DNA of 62,369 nucleotides from Candidatus Zhuqueibacterota bacterium (GCA_049322915.1 JBMOPW010000033.1:1-62369), one strand, 5' to 3'; positions 39,818-50,973 are shown, counted from the first letter of the stretch. Numbers and translations are program-made. The notes: a model not told the origin generated them from the letters alone.

Positions 39818-39992
39818 TCAGCCACTAAGCCACGATGTACAAAGATTAAGAAATATCAAAAATAATCGAGTCTGAGAAGTTGAATTTGGTTTGAAAAAAT
39901 TATTGAATCTTGCATCAAAAGAGTGAATAAGAACATGGACATCTTCTTGTAACTTCGTGACTTGCTCTCCTTGAGGCAATAATACAGGCCTG
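39818..39992 (-). mobile_element. Repeat element family B, uninterrupted copy (about 175 bp)
   Basis: Inverted homolog of 37459-37530 plus 37730-37820; 8-nt periodic terminal arrays. Confidence 0.75.
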
Positions 39993-40031
39993 TGAAGCAA
40001 TAGTTAAATTAAAGTAACAACATGTTTTTTC

Positions 40032-40060
40032 TTGAAAATACGATGCAGAATTTATATATT
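40032..40060 (+). promoter_or_regulatory. Candidate sigma70 promoter
   Basis: TTGAAA, 17 bp, TATATT upstream of the kinase. Confidence 0.55.
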
Positions 40061-40132
40061 ACGGCCGCATTGTCCTGAGTATGGCGTAGTTACGAACAGT
40101 GCAACAGAGAACGAGAAGAAGAGGAGTTAACA

Positions 40133-43100
40133 GTGAGGCAGGATACCTCGCGGGATCAGTTACTTTCAGAAATAGAACAACTGAAAGGCGAACTTGAGAA
40201 GTATAAAATCCTGGATTCGCACCATGAGTTGGAAAAAGCCAAGTATCAGCACCAACTCATGGCCATGGATGCAAGCCAGGACGGCATTGCGATTTTGGAC
40301 GAGAACGAAAAGTACATCTATTTGAACAAAGCGCATGCTCTGGTCTATGGCTACGACAACGCTGATGACCTGTTGGGCAAACCGTGGCGCATCCTTTATT
40401 ATCCTCAGGAAATCGAGAAGTTTGAAAAAATATACATGCCCATTCTGATGAAGAAGGGTCATTGGTTCGGGATTTCAATCGGCAAAAGACGCGACGGTAG
40501 CCGATTCGATCAGGAGGTTTCGCTGACAGTTATTAAGCGCGGCGGTTTGATTTGCGTGGTTCGGGACATTACCGAGCGCAGGCAGATCGAGGAATCCCTG
40601 GTCGAATCGGAAGATAAATACCGAACCCTCATCGAAAACATACAGGATGGCCTTTTTCTTATCCGGGATCGAAAGATTATCTTTGCGAATGAAGCCGCTG
40701 CACGGATGATCGGCTACCAGGCTGGGGACTTACTGGGAATGAGTTTTGAAGATCTGATTTTTCCGGAGGATCTCCGGTTCGTGCTCAATCGGTATGAAAA
40801 CCGGATTCAGGGACACAATGTGCCGAATGAGTATGAATTCCGGCTGAAATATAAGGATTCCGATAAAATTGTCTACGTAAATATGAACGTGGGTTTGATC
40901 AATTATCGCGGCACTCTGGTCAGTCTTGGAACAATAAAAGACATCACCGACCGGAGACAAAAGGAACAGATTGAACAACGCCGGATCGACCGAATCATCC
41001 GGCAGCAGCACGCCATTGTTGGTCTGGCAAAGGAGAATTTTTCGGACCTCGACAACGCATTGGGCAAAATCGCCGAGGTCGCCGCAACCACTTTGGAAAT
41101 CGAGCGCGTGAGCATCTGGAAATTTAACGATGATCATACTGCATTAAAGTGCCTTAAAATCACCTCTCGCAGCCACGGGGAACTGGCGCCATCCGAGCCA
41201 ATGCCTGTAGCGCACTATCCGAATTACTTCAGCAAGCTGGAAGTGAGTCGCACCATCGCAGCAAACGATGCAATCGCCGATCCGGCGACGAGCGAATTTG
41301 GAGCAAGCTATCTCTCCGCGCTGGGAATATCGTCGCTGTTGGATGCGCCCATCCGAATTCACGGACGAACCATCGGCGTTGTGTGCCATGAGCATGTCGG
41401 GCCGAAACGGCAGTGGACGTCGGAGGAACAGGATTTTGCCGGCTCCATTGCGGATATGGTGTCGCTCATCCTGGAGACGTGGGAACGAAAACGGACAGAA
41501 AACGAACGCGAAGCGCTCTATAAAATCGGGGAAGCTGTCAGCACCACTGAAAACCTCGATGCACTGCTGGTGACAATTTATCGGAATATCGAAAAAGTGA
41601 TGTATGCGAAAAATTGCTACATCGCTCTGTACAATCCCCAATCCGAGATTGTCTCCTTCCCGCTGTTTATCGATATCTACGATCCCACACCGGCGCCGCG
41701 CCGCAAGAAGCGCGGTCTCACCGAGTATGTGCTCCGCATTGGCAAATCTGTCTTGCTCACCCCGACGATTTTTAATGAATTGATGGATCAGGGTGAAGTG
41801 GAGCGAATTGGCACGCTGCCGGAGTCCTGGCTGGGAGTGCCGCTGTATGTCCGCTACAAAGTGATGGGCGTGCTGGTGGTTCAAAGCTACGATTCGAGCC
41901 AAACGTACACCGAGCGCGACAAGGAATTGTTGCTCGCCATTGGCAATCAGGCGGCAGTGGCCATCGATAGAAAACTGGGGGAGGAAGCGCTGCGCGAGAG
42001 CGAGGAGCGATTCCGCGCTCTGTTTGAAACCGCACGGGACATTATATTTATTAAAAATCAGCAATTGCAATATGTGAGCATCAATCCTGCCACGGCGAGC
42101 TTTTTCAAAATGGATCCTGTGAGTTCTGTTGGGTCGACGGACAGAGAGATATTCGGGGACGAGGTAGCTCGTTTCAGTGAGACGATTGAAAGGCGCGTGC
42201 TGGATGGGGACATTGTGGAAATTGAGCAGGCCGGGCCGATTAACGGCTCTGAAAAAATATTTCATGTCATTCGCGCGCCCATGAGAAACAGCCACGGCGA
42301 TATCATTGGACTTTTCGGCATCGCCCGGGATATAACCGAGCTGAAGCTTTCGCGAACCATTCTGGCAGAAGAAAAGGAGCGGCTCGCCGTCACATTGCGA
42401 AGCATTGCCGATGGCGTGATTACCACAGATGTTCATGGTCGCGTCCTCCTCATCAATAAAGTCGCAGAGGGGCTGACCGGCTGGAGCCAGAAAGAAGCCG
42501 AGGGTAAGAAAATTTCGGCCGTTTTCCATTTTGTCGACCGCCGCAATAAACCTCCCAGAAAACTTCCGGTCGACCGGGTACTGCAGACAGGCCGCGTTTT
42601 CAGCATTGAAAACAACACCACGCTCGTTGCCCGCGATGGGAGCGAAAAGATGATCGCGCAGAGTTGGGCGCCGATAAAGGATGAACAGAATAAAGTAGTC
42701 GGCGCCGTTCTGGTATTTCGCGATATTACCGAACGCCGGAAAATCGAACTGGAGCTTCAGAAAGCCAATAAACTGGAATCGGTGGGCATGTTGGCCGGCG
42801 GAATTGCCCATGATTTCAATAATATCCTCACGGCAATTTTGGGCAATGTCACGCTGGCGAAACTGGATGTGCCGGAGAGATCCGAAATATTCGAAATCCT
42901 GTCCGAAGTGGAAAAGGCATCCATGCGCGCCAAAGACCTCACCCAGCAGTTGCTGACGTTCTCCATTGGCGGCGCGCCCATCCGGAAGACAGCCACCATC
43001 AATGAGCTCATCAAAGAATCCACGGCCTTTGCCCTTCGCGGCTCCAACGTCCGATTTGAATTCAACATCCCGGACGATTTATGGACTGTGGAAGTGGACA

Positions 43101-43888
43101 TTGGCCAGATGAACCAGGTGATTCAGAATCTGGTGATCAATGCGGATCAGGCCATGCCTGAGGGCGGATTGATCAAAATTCACTGCCGGAATGTGAAGCT
43201 GCCGTCGGACGAGACGATCAATGGTCAGTCCCGGGCGCGCGGCAATTTCGTGAAAATTTCCATTCAGGATCAGGGGCACGGAATTCCGAGCGAACACCTT
43301 GCCAGGGTTTTCGACCCCTATTTCACTACCAAGCAAAAAGGCAGCGGGTTGGGTTTGGCCACTGTGTATTCCATCATCAGAAAACATGAGGGATACATCG
43401 CCGTCGAGTCCACATTGGGCAAAGGGGCGACATTCCATCTCTACCTGCCGGCTTCGGAGAAGAAAGCCACTCCGAAAATCAGCCACGAAAAACTCCTGGT
43501 AACGGGCAAGGGATCAGTTCTGGTGATGGATGATGAGGAGATCATTCGCAACTCATTCGCGCGGATGATCAGGATGCTTGGCTACCAAATCCGGACCGTG
43601 GCGGATGGCGCTGAGATGATCGAAGAATACCGGCGCGCTCAGAAAAGCGGGCAGCGCTACGACGCCGTCATCATGGATCTGACGGTCCCCGGCGGAATGG
43701 GTGGCAAAGAAGCGATCCAGCATTTGAAGCAGATCGATCCGGATGTGAAGGGTATCGTGTCCAGCGGCTATTCCAATGCCCCGGTGCTGTCCAGTTACGA
43801 GGACTATGGCTTTTGTGGCTTCCTGACCAAGCCGTTCAAAATCGAGGAACTGAGCGCCGTTCTTTATAAGGCCATGGCCAGAACATAA
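40133..43888 (+). CDS. Cytoplasmic hybrid histidine kinase (PAS-PAS-GAF-GAF-PAS-PAS-HisKA-HATPase-REC)
   Basis: Repeated RDITER PAS ends, AHDFNN H-box, NADQA, DQGHG, FTTK..GSGLGL, receiver MDDE/MDL/KPF; no TM segment seen. Confidence 0.95.
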   Translation: MRQDTSRDQLLSEIEQLKGELEKYKILDSHHELEKAKYQHQLMAMDASQDGIAILDENEKYIYLNKAHALVYGYDNADDLLGKPWRILYYPQEIEKFEKIYMPILMKKGHWFGISIGKRRDGSRFDQEVSLTVIKRGGLICVVRDITERRQIEESLVESEDKYRTLIENIQDGLFLIRDRKIIFANEAAARMIGYQAGDLLGMSFEDLIFPEDLRFVLNRYENRIQGHNVPNEYEFRLKYKDSDKIVYVNMNVGLINYRGTLVSLGTIKDITDRRQKEQIEQRRIDRIIRQQHAIVGLAKENFSDLDNALGKIAEVAATTLEIERVSIWKFNDDHTALKCLKITSRSHGELAPSEPMPVAHYPNYFSKLEVSRTIAANDAIADPATSEFGASYLSALGISSLLDAPIRIHGRTIGVVCHEHVGPKRQWTSEEQDFAGSIADMVSLILETWERKRTENEREALYKIGEAVSTTENLDALLVTIYRNIEKVMYAKNCYIALYNPQSEIVSFPLFIDIYDPTPAPRRKKRGLTEYVLRIGKSVLLTPTIFNELMDQGEVERIGTLPESWLGVPLYVRYKVMGVLVVQSYDSSQTYTERDKELLLAIGNQAAVAIDRKLGEEALRESEERFRALFETARDIIFIKNQQLQYVSINPATASFFKMDPVSSVGSTDREIFGDEVARFSETIERRVLDGDIVEIEQAGPINGSEKIFHVIRAPMRNSHGDIIGLFGIARDITELKLSRTILAEEKERLAVTLRSIADGVITTDVHGRVLLINKVAEGLTGWSQKEAEGKKISAVFHFVDRRNKPPRKLPVDRVLQTGRVFSIENNTTLVARDGSEKMIAQSWAPIKDEQNKVVGAVLVFRDITERRKIELELQKANKLESVGMLAGGIAHDFNNILTAILGNVTLAKLDVPERSEIFEILSEVEKASMRAKDLTQQLLTFSIGGAPIRKTATINELIKESTAFALRGSNVRFEFNIPDDLWTVEVDIGQMNQVIQNLVINADQAMPEGGLIKIHCRNVKLPSDETINGQSRARGNFVKISIQDQGHGIPSEHLARVFDPYFTTKQKGSGLGLATVYSIIRKHEGYIAVESTLGKGATFHLYLPASEKKATPKISHEKLLVTGKGSVLVMDDEEIIRNSFARMIRMLGYQIRTVADGAEMIEEYRRAQKSGQRYDAVIMDLTVPGGMGGKEAIQHLKQIDPDVKGIVSSGYSNAPVLSSYEDYGFCGFLTKPFKIEELSAVLYKAMART

Positions 43889-44048
43889 TCGTCCCTGTGG
43901 AACATCTTTTTCAGAATAAATTCCGAAGAGCCGAACATCGATCCGCCCGAAGTCACAGCGAAATTTCCTGTTTAAGAATGACAGGACGCGCGATGGCCGG
44001 CTGTTTCGAAAATCCGCAGTCTTTCCGAACCAACATGAAAGGAGCCGA

Positions 44049-44708
44049 ATGGATCTTACATGTGTTGCTATCGGCCTGCTTCTTCTTTTAGTGACACTGC
44101 TGCTTCGCGCTGAATTTGCGCAGCCCAACCATTTCATCTATTTTCTCAAACCTGCCTCAACCGTGCTCGTCATTTTCATCGCGCTGTACCCTGTTGTTCA
44201 CGGCGACATTGCTACATCACGATATTTTTTCCTCATTGCGACCGGGCTGGTCTTTTCTCTCGCGGGCGATGTTGCGCTCATGGGCAAATCCGGCCGCTCA
44301 TTTAAGCTGGGATTGATTTTCTTTCTCATGGCTCATATTTTCTATTCGTGGGCTTTCTCGATTCCTGCGGATTTTAGTGCGACGGACGGCTTTGTCGCGC
44401 TTGGACTGCTATGCATGGCCGGCCTGATTTATCGGTATCTGTACCCTGGGCTCGGTCCGATGAAACTACCGGTGCTGATCTATGTTCTGATCATCACTGT
44501 CATGATGGAAAGAGCGATTTCCAGGCTGTACGCCGGCAATTTTCCTCAACAGCGAGCCATGCTCATCGCCATCGGCGCCGGCCTTTTTTATATCTCGGAT
44601 CTGATTCTGGCTATCAACAAATTCCGACGACCGATGCGGTATCATCGAATCAGCCTTGCCTTCTATTATGCAGGTCAACTGCTCATTGCTTTGAGCGTCA
44701 GACCGTAA
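44049..44708 (+). CDS. YhhN/lysoplasmalogenase family membrane protein
   Basis: LKP, SLAGDVAL, FFLMAHIFY, FYISDLILA, YYAGQ. Confidence 0.9.
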   Translation: MDLTCVAIGLLLLLVTLLLRAEFAQPNHFIYFLKPASTVLVIFIALYPVVHGDIATSRYFFLIATGLVFSLAGDVALMGKSGRSFKLGLIFFLMAHIFYSWAFSIPADFSATDGFVALGLLCMAGLIYRYLYPGLGPMKLPVLIYVLIITVMMERAISRLYAGNFPQQRAMLIAIGAGLFYISDLILAINKFRRPMRYHRISLAFYYAGQLLIALSVRP

Positions 44709-44731
44709 CTGCCATCGTTGAAATTTTCTGC

Positions 44732-44760
44732 TTGATATTATTCGGGAAGTCGAGTATATT
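44732..44760 (+). promoter_or_regulatory. Candidate sigma70 promoter
   Basis: TTGATA, 17 bp, TATATT, followed by GGAG RBS. Confidence 0.6.
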
Positions 44761-44786
44761 ATTCTCTTTTAAAACTGGAGCAATAC

Positions 44787-45662
44787 ATGAAAATCACCAA
44801 AGCGGTCATCACCGCAGCCGGAAAAAATCAGCGCACATTGCCGTTGCAGACGCTCATCGACCGGGATGGCACGGAAAAGTCCGTGCTTTGCATTATTGTG
44901 GAAGAAGCGCTGCGAGCGGGGGTAGAAGAGATATGCGTCATCACTCAGCCCGGGGATGACAGCGCCTACCGCCAGGTTGTCGGCGACCATGCCGGGCGTC
45001 TCCATTTTGAATTTCAACACGAGCCGCGGGGTTATGGCCATGCGGTGTATTGCGCGAAGAATTTTGTCGGTAATGATTCGTTCCTGCACCTGGTGGGTGA
45101 CCACCTGTACGTGAGCCGGCACGATGAAGGATGCGCCCAGCATCTAGTTCGCGTGGCCGAGACAAAGGAATGCGCTGTGTCCGCGGTGCAGGCGTCGCGC
45201 GAAAACCTGCTTCCCTTCTATGGCGCTGTGGGCGGCGGTCGCATTCAGGGTCAACCTGATTTGTACCGCATTGAACTGGTGATCGAAAAAGCCACGCCCA
45301 CTGAAGCGGAGCAGCGATTGATCGTGCCGGGACTGCGCGCCGGCCATTATCTCTGTTTCTTCGGAATGCACGTGCTTACGCCATCGGTGATTCACATTTT
45401 AGAGCAGCGAATTCAACGCGCGGAAGGCAATGCGACGATCACCCTGTCCGAAGCCCTGTCGGATTTGGCGAAGCGGGAGCAGTATCTGGCCGTCGAAAAG
45501 GACGACTGGCGCTACGATGTCGGTGTGAAATATGGTCTGCTCATGGCGCAATTGGCGCTGGCATTGAGCGGCAATGACCGCGACGAGGTGCTGTCCAAAT
45601 TTGTTGAGATTCTGGCCTCGCGCGAAATGGCGTCGAAATGGAGGCGCGGTCGACATGAGTGA
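44787..45662 (+). CDS. GalU-like sugar-phosphate nucleotidyltransferase (divergent)
   Basis: [35 protein letters not shown]. Confidence 0.8.
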   Translation: MKITKAVITAAGKNQRTLPLQTLIDRDGTEKSVLCIIVEEALRAGVEEICVITQPGDDSAYRQVVGDHAGRLHFEFQHEPRGYGHAVYCAKNFVGNDSFLHLVGDHLYVSRHDEGCAQHLVRVAETKECAVSAVQASRENLLPFYGAVGGGRIQGQPDLYRIELVIEKATPTEAEQRLIVPGLRAGHYLCFFGMHVLTPSVIHILEQRIQRAEGNATITLSEALSDLAKREQYLAVEKDDWRYDVGVKYGLLMAQLALALSGNDRDEVLSKFVEILASREMASKWRRGRHE

Positions 45663-48600
45663 TCTCATCCGATTGATCACCTCGCCGGATCCGTCCGTTC
45701 GCGACTTGCCCCTGGAATCGCTATGTCGGGATGCGTCGCTCGCGGACTTGCTGAAGGAGGCTGAGGCGCTGGAACAGTTCCGGCTTCGCAGTGAAAATCT
45801 TTACGAACGCGTGCGGGCGCTTTTCTTTCTCTATGCCATCCACCGTTTTTACCTGCCCGAGAAAAGCGGGATGAAAACCAGCGGGCTCATCCCCTTCGAA
45901 GGCTATGCCAATTTGCTCAACCGCCGATTCGAGGAAGCCATTGAAATTTTTTTGAAAGCGCAGCGCAGCGACGGGCCAAGCGATGGCATTTCCAGCGCGC
46001 TGGCAGCAGCCTACCAGCGATTGGGATTCCAGACGCTGGCGGATCAGGTGCGGCGCAGCGTCCGTTCGGTGAGCGGCAATCAATGGATGTTCCGAATCGG
46101 GCATCCGGAAGATCACCCGCTGCGGGTGCGGCCGGAACTCTATCAACACAAGAACCAGTCAGGAATTTTCCCAATCATTCGCGAAGCCACCCCGGTTCGG
46201 ATGGATCTGAGCCACAGCGGCTGGAGCGATATTTTTTTTCTGGGCATGGATTTTCCGGAGGGCGCGCGCGTGCTCAACGTGTCCATTGACCTCTGCGTTC
46301 GCAATGGCGCCAATGCGCCGCGGCCGCCGGTGGAAGCCTATTTCCGCATCATCGACCAGCCAATTCTGCGGTTGACCAGCGTGGATTTGGAAGCCACTGC
46401 GGAAATTTCTGATCTGACCGAGGTGTTCGATTTTGCCAAAGACTATTTAGGGCTGCTGAAAGCGGCCGTCATTGCGTCCGGGCTGGTGCCGTCCGGCATG
46501 GAGGGCGCGGTTCAGCCCTTGTCGGATTTATTGGCCCGGCTGGTGAAACCGGGCTATGGCATCGAAATTGTCAGCCGCGTCAACGACATTCCCAAAGGCT
46601 CGCGATTGGCAGTGTCCACGACGTTGCTGGCGAGCCTCATCACCGCGTGCATGCGCGCCACCGGACAGATCAAAAATCTCACCGGCTATTTGACGGAAGA
46701 CGAGCGCCGGCTGGTTGCGGCCCGGGCCATTCTGGGCGAATGGTTGGGCGGATCCGGCGGAGGCTGGCAGGATTCCGGCGGCGTCTGGCCGGGCATGAAA
46801 TTGATACAGGGGGTGCGCGCTGCTGAGGGCGATCCGGAATTCGGGATCAGTCGCGGACGGCTGTTGCCCGGCCATCGCATTCTGACCGGGAGCGATGCGA
46901 GCGAAAGAACGCGTCGCATGTTGCAGGACAGCCTGATCCTGATCCACGGCGGGATGGCCCAGGATGTGGGGCCGATTCTGGAGATGGTCACGGAAAAATA
47001 TTTGCTGCGTTCGGCGACGGAATGGATGGGGAGAAAGCAGGCGATTTCCCTGCTGGATGCGATTCTGGAGCAGTTGCGCCTGGGCGATGTGCGCGCCATC
47101 GGCGGACTGACGCATCAGAATTTCCACGGGCCCATCCAGTCGATAATCCCCTGGGCGAGCAATTTGTACACAGAATCGCTGATTGAACAGGTCACCCGCG
47201 AATTCGACCATAAATTCTGGGGATTCTGGATGCTGGGCGGCATGTCCGGAGGCGGCATGGGTTTCATCTTTGATCCTGCCGCAATAGACACTGCCCGGGA
47301 TAGCTTGCAGGCTATCATGACGCGACTCAAAAAAAATCTGGAATATGCGGTGCCGTTTGCCATGGAGCCTGTGGTGTACGATTTTGCGATCAACGAGCGC
47401 GGCACCTGGGCGGATCTTTTGAAGGGCGATGACGCGTTGATGCCGCCTGGCTATTACACATTATCCATTCCCAGTCTGCTCAGGCTTGAAGCGAGAAATC
47501 TGACGATGTTCCGCCGCGCCGAGCTCAATCGATTTGGCGAAGCCTGTCGTACCCAGTCGGCGCTTTCCGGCATGGTGCAAAATTTATTCGATCGGCTATT
47601 GCCGACTTCCATGCCGGAAAAAGATGGCGCGCGCACGTTGGACGAATTGTTAAAACAATTCGGATTTGACCGCGTGCAGCACGAGCAGATACGCGCCGAT
47701 TTGCGGAGCGGTCGCATTGGACTGGCGCAAAACCGATTGCCTGTGCGCAGCAAAATCGAAGATGTCCAGCCGGGGGATGTTTTCGACGCCGCTGAGGCGT
47801 TGCCCGATACATATCATCGGCTGGGCCTGGATGCGCTCGCCGCCGGCGCGGTGGCAGTGGTGTCCCTGGCTGGCGGCGCAGGGAGTCGCTGGACCAAAGG
47901 CGCTGGCGTGGTCAAAGCGCTGAATCCATTCTGCAAACTGAGCGGCCGGCATCGCACGTTCATTGAAGTGCACCTGGCGAAGAGCCGGCGCATCGGGAAA
48001 CAGGTCGGTCGCTATCTCCCGCATGTCATTACCACTAGTTTTTTGACCCACGAGCCCATTGCCGCTTTTCTGGAGCGAGAAGGAAATTATGGCTATCCCG
48101 GGCAATTGCTGCTGTCGCCGGGCATGAGCGTCGGTTTGAGGCTTGTGCCCATGGCGCGCGATCTCCGCTTTGCCTGGGAAGAATTGCCCCAGCAACTGCT
48201 GGATAAACAGGCGCAAAAGGTGCGGGAGAGCCTGCACAACGCGCTGATCGACTGGGCGCGAACCCTGGGCGAAGGCAGCGATTATGTCGATAATCTTCCC
48301 ATGCAATGTCTTCACCCGGTGGGGCACTGGTACGAAGTGCCAAATCTGCTGCTCAACGGCCTGCTGCAGCGCATGCTCGGGGATCACCCCAACCTGCGAT
48401 ACCTGATGGTGCACAATATCGACACGCTCGGAGCCAATGTGAATCCTGCTCTTTTGGGCTATCACATGCACGAGGATGCCGCAATGACCACGGAGGTGAT
48501 CACGCGGCGTCTCGAAGATCGCGGCGGCGGATTGGCGCGAGTCGATGGGCAATTGCGGCTCATCGAAGGGCTGGCTTTTCCGCGCGAGGAACTGGAATTC

Positions 48601-48999
48601 AGCCTGTCCTATTACAACACCAGCACCACCTGGATCGATGTGCTCCAACTCCTCCATCTGTTCGGACTGACGAAGGATGATTTTTCCGACAAAACCCGGG
48701 TCGCGGACTCCGTGCGCAATCTCGCCATGCGAATGCCGACGTACATTACGTTGAAGGATGTCAAGAAACGCTGGGGCAAGGGTCAGGAAGATATTTTCCC
48801 GGTCACCCAGTTCGAAAAACTCTGGGGCGATATGACCGCCCTGTCCGAGTTGAAGCATCGCTTCGTTGTGGTGCCGCGCAGGCGGGGGCAGCAGTTGAAG
48901 GAGCCGGCGCAACTGGATGGCTGGCTCAGGGATGGGTCTGCTGCCTACGTGGAATCTTTATGCGATTGGAATGACCAGAAAGAAGCAATCCGCTTATAG
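45655..48999 (+). CDS. Fusion: GHMP/fucokinase-like kinase plus UDPGP-type nucleotidyltransferase
   Basis: [38 protein letters not shown]-terminal [32 protein letters not shown]; start overlaps upstream gene. Confidence 0.75.
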   Translation: MSDLIRLITSPDPSVRDLPLESLCRDASLADLLKEAEALEQFRLRSENLYERVRALFFLYAIHRFYLPEKSGMKTSGLIPFEGYANLLNRRFEEAIEIFLKAQRSDGPSDGISSALAAAYQRLGFQTLADQVRRSVRSVSGNQWMFRIGHPEDHPLRVRPELYQHKNQSGIFPIIREATPVRMDLSHSGWSDIFFLGMDFPEGARVLNVSIDLCVRNGANAPRPPVEAYFRIIDQPILRLTSVDLEATAEISDLTEVFDFAKDYLGLLKAAVIASGLVPSGMEGAVQPLSDLLARLVKPGYGIEIVSRVNDIPKGSRLAVSTTLLASLITACMRATGQIKNLTGYLTEDERRLVAARAILGEWLGGSGGGWQDSGGVWPGMKLIQGVRAAEGDPEFGISRGRLLPGHRILTGSDASERTRRMLQDSLILIHGGMAQDVGPILEMVTEKYLLRSATEWMGRKQAISLLDAILEQLRLGDVRAIGGLTHQNFHGPIQSIIPWASNLYTESLIEQVTREFDHKFWGFWMLGGMSGGGMGFIFDPAAIDTARDSLQAIMTRLKKNLEYAVPFAMEPVVYDFAINERGTWADLLKGDDALMPPGYYTLSIPSLLRLEARNLTMFRRAELNRFGEACRTQSALSGMVQNLFDRLLPTSMPEKDGARTLDELLKQFGFDRVQHEQIRADLRSGRIGLAQNRLPVRSKIEDVQPGDVFDAAEALPDTYHRLGLDALAAGAVAVVSLAGGAGSRWTKGAGVVKALNPFCKLSGRHRTFIEVHLAKSRRIGKQVGRYLPHVITTSFLTHEPIAAFLEREGNYGYPGQLLLSPGMSVGLRLVPMARDLRFAWEELPQQLLDKQAQKVRESLHNALIDWARTLGEGSDYVDNLPMQCLHPVGHWYEVPNLLLNGLLQRMLGDHPNLRYLMVHNIDTLGANVNPALLGYHMHEDAAMTTEVITRRLEDRGGGLARVDGQLRLIEGLAFPREELEFSLSYYNTSTTWIDVLQLLHLFGLTKDDFSDKTRVADSVRNLAMRMPTYITLKDVKKRWGKGQEDIFPVTQFEKLWGDMTALSELKHRFVVVPRRRGQQLKEPAQLDGWLRDGSAAYVESLCDWNDQKEAIRL

Positions 49000-49134
49000 C
49001 GATCAGCATTCAGCTCGGGAAAAAAATTTATTCCCGGCTGGAATTATTGGATCGCTTAATTGATGAACTGCCTTTTTATTTCAAACGCTCGTTTGTTTTA
49101 AAAGCTGACAACTGAAAGCTGATCGCTGATCGCT
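48984..49134. repeat. Inverted heptamer arrays
   Basis: agcaatc-cgcttat-agcgatc-agcattc-agc ... gctgaca-actgaaa-gctgatc-gctgatc-gct. Confidence 0.7.
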
Positions 49135-49191
49135 CAATGCAGGAATAAATAATTTACAGTGATAATTTAACTAACTCAGGAGAAGGAAACG

Positions 49192-49680
49192 ATGAATATT
49201 TTTGAATTCGCGATGAAAATGGAAAAAGACGGTGAGGCCTATTACCGGGAATTGGCTGAGAAAACAACCCATACCGGTCTGAAGAATATTTTGAATCTTC
49301 TGGCCAATGAAGAAGTGAAGCATTATGAAGTCCTCAACAAGCTTAGCAAGCAGGAATCAAATCTGAAGATGGCGGAAACGCATATTCTGGCGGATGCTAA
49401 AAATGTCTTTGTGCAGATGAAAGAGCAGGGCAGCACGTTCGATCTGAAAATGCCTCAGCCTGAATTCTATGAAAAGGCCAGAGAGATAGAAGAAAAGAGC
49501 TATCAGTTTTATCTGGAAAAAGCCCGTGAGGTCGAGGACGAAAGCGCCAGGAAAGTGCTTTTGAAAATCGCGGATGAAGAGAAGAAGCATATTTTCCTCA
49601 TGGAAAATTTAGTGGAGTACCTGTCGCGACCGGGCACGTGGGTGGAAAATGCTGAATTTCATAAACTGGATGAATTTTGA
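49192..49680 (+). CDS. Rubrerythrin/ferritin-like protein
   Basis: Two E..YY/FY and EE.KH motifs (EEVKH, EEKKH); CAGGAG RBS. Confidence 0.9.
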   Translation: MNIFEFAMKMEKDGEAYYRELAEKTTHTGLKNILNLLANEEVKHYEVLNKLSKQESNLKMAETHILADAKNVFVQMKEQGSTFDLKMPQPEFYEKAREIEEKSYQFYLEKAREVEDESARKVLLKIADEEKKHIFLMENLVEYLSRPGTWVENAEFHKLDEF

Positions 49681-49831
49681 TGTGAATGTCTGGGACTGCC
49701 TGAACCGGGAAACCGACTTCGTCTCTTTTCGGATGATACTGGCGAAGCCAATGCTATCTGCGGCGTGGTTGGGCAAAACCTTGTCCGGCACGACGGCCAG
49801 GGCAGGGTGCAGGCCGAATAATTCTTGACTC

Positions 49832-50473
49832 TTGGAGTACTGTGTGCTGCAACAACTGGATGAGAAAACATTCCTGACAGGGTGCCGCTTTCTGGAAAAA
49901 CGGGACCCTGTTTTTTTGACCATCGTAGGGCAGTTCGGCTATCCCCGCATCTGGTTTCGGGAGCCGGGATTCGCCACGTTGCTCCACATCATTCTGGAGC
50001 AGCAGGTTTCGCTGGCATCCGCGAGAGCGACCTTCCAGCGGCTGCTCGATTCAGTTCCATCGCTCACCCCGGCAAATTTCCTTCGCTTCGATGAAGTCGG
50101 TTTGAAGGGCATCGGATTCAGCCGACAAAAGGCGCGGTACTGCCAGGACTTGGCCGGGCGAATCGAACGCGGCGAGTTGAACCTGGACCAGTTAACCGCT
50201 CTGTCCGACGAAACTGTGCGCACTGAATTGATGGTGGTCAAAGGTGTCGGGCCATGGACCGCAAATATTTACCTCATGATTGCACTGCGCCGGCCGGATG
50301 TGTGGCCCGGCAGCGACCTGGCGCTGATCCAGACAATCCAGGAGTTGAAAGCGCTGAAGCAGCGTCCCACGCCGGCCGAAGCGCAGCAATTCGCCGAAGC
50401 CTGGAAACCCTGGCGCTCCGTGGCCACGCGGCTTCTGTGGCACTATTATCTCAGCCCTAAAACCAATCGTTGA
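49832..50473 (+). CDS. DNA-3-methyladenine glycosylase II (AlkA family, HhH-GPD)
   Basis: ILEQQVSLASA, KGVGPWTA, DVWPGSDLAL, WKPWRS. Confidence 0.9.
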   Translation: MEYCVLQQLDEKTFLTGCRFLEKRDPVFLTIVGQFGYPRIWFREPGFATLLHIILEQQVSLASARATFQRLLDSVPSLTPANFLRFDEVGLKGIGFSRQKARYCQDLAGRIERGELNLDQLTALSDETVRTELMVVKGVGPWTANIYLMIALRRPDVWPGSDLALIQTIQELKALKQRPTPAEAQQFAEAWKPWRSVATRLLWHYYLSPKTNR

Positions 50474-50587
50474 ACAAACCCGTTTTTCCTGCTATCCATC
50501 TCCCAGGCATACCCTTGGCCGTATTAGCCACCGGGACAGGCAATCGCCGGGTCAATGCCCGATGATTTGCTGAGTAAAATTTTTTAC

Positions 50588-50615
50588 TTGACATTTTAAT
50601 AGTTTCTACTAAATT
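50588..50615 (+). promoter_or_regulatory. Candidate sigma70 promoter
   Basis: TTGACA, 16 bp, TAAATT in an AT-rich patch. Confidence 0.5.
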
Positions 50616-50698
50616 ATTACTTCACTCCACAAAGAGTTGATGCCTTCAAAATTCGATATTCGTCCTTCTCCGTCAGCATGGGAGAATCGCACTATTTC

Positions 50699-50900
50699 TA
50701 ATGAACGACCACAGCGAAGCTGGCGGGGGTTCACTGAAAGAAAATGCGCTGCGCGAAGCTGTTGACGGCAATTGGAAAAGATTCATCATTCCTGAATTGA
50801 CGCCTGATCCCGATACGCGGGTGTAGTCGGTTTGAACCTGAACGAAGCGCCGCATATCCGGCGGAGTCAGTCTTCAGGTGAAACCGGGTCATGTTCATTA
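50699..50900 (+). ncRNA. Candidate structured RNA/leader, unassigned
   Basis: Closing helix taatgaac-gacc / ggtc-at-gttcatta; nested ttcac-tgaa / ttca-g-gtgaa and atgcg / cgcat; overlaps a 41-aa ORF (50701-50826). Confidence 0.25.
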
Positions 50901-50973
50901 CCAGTAATCCAGCGTGAATGACTGTGTGCATTTTTACCGAGCACAGGATACGAACGAAACGTCACGGACACTC

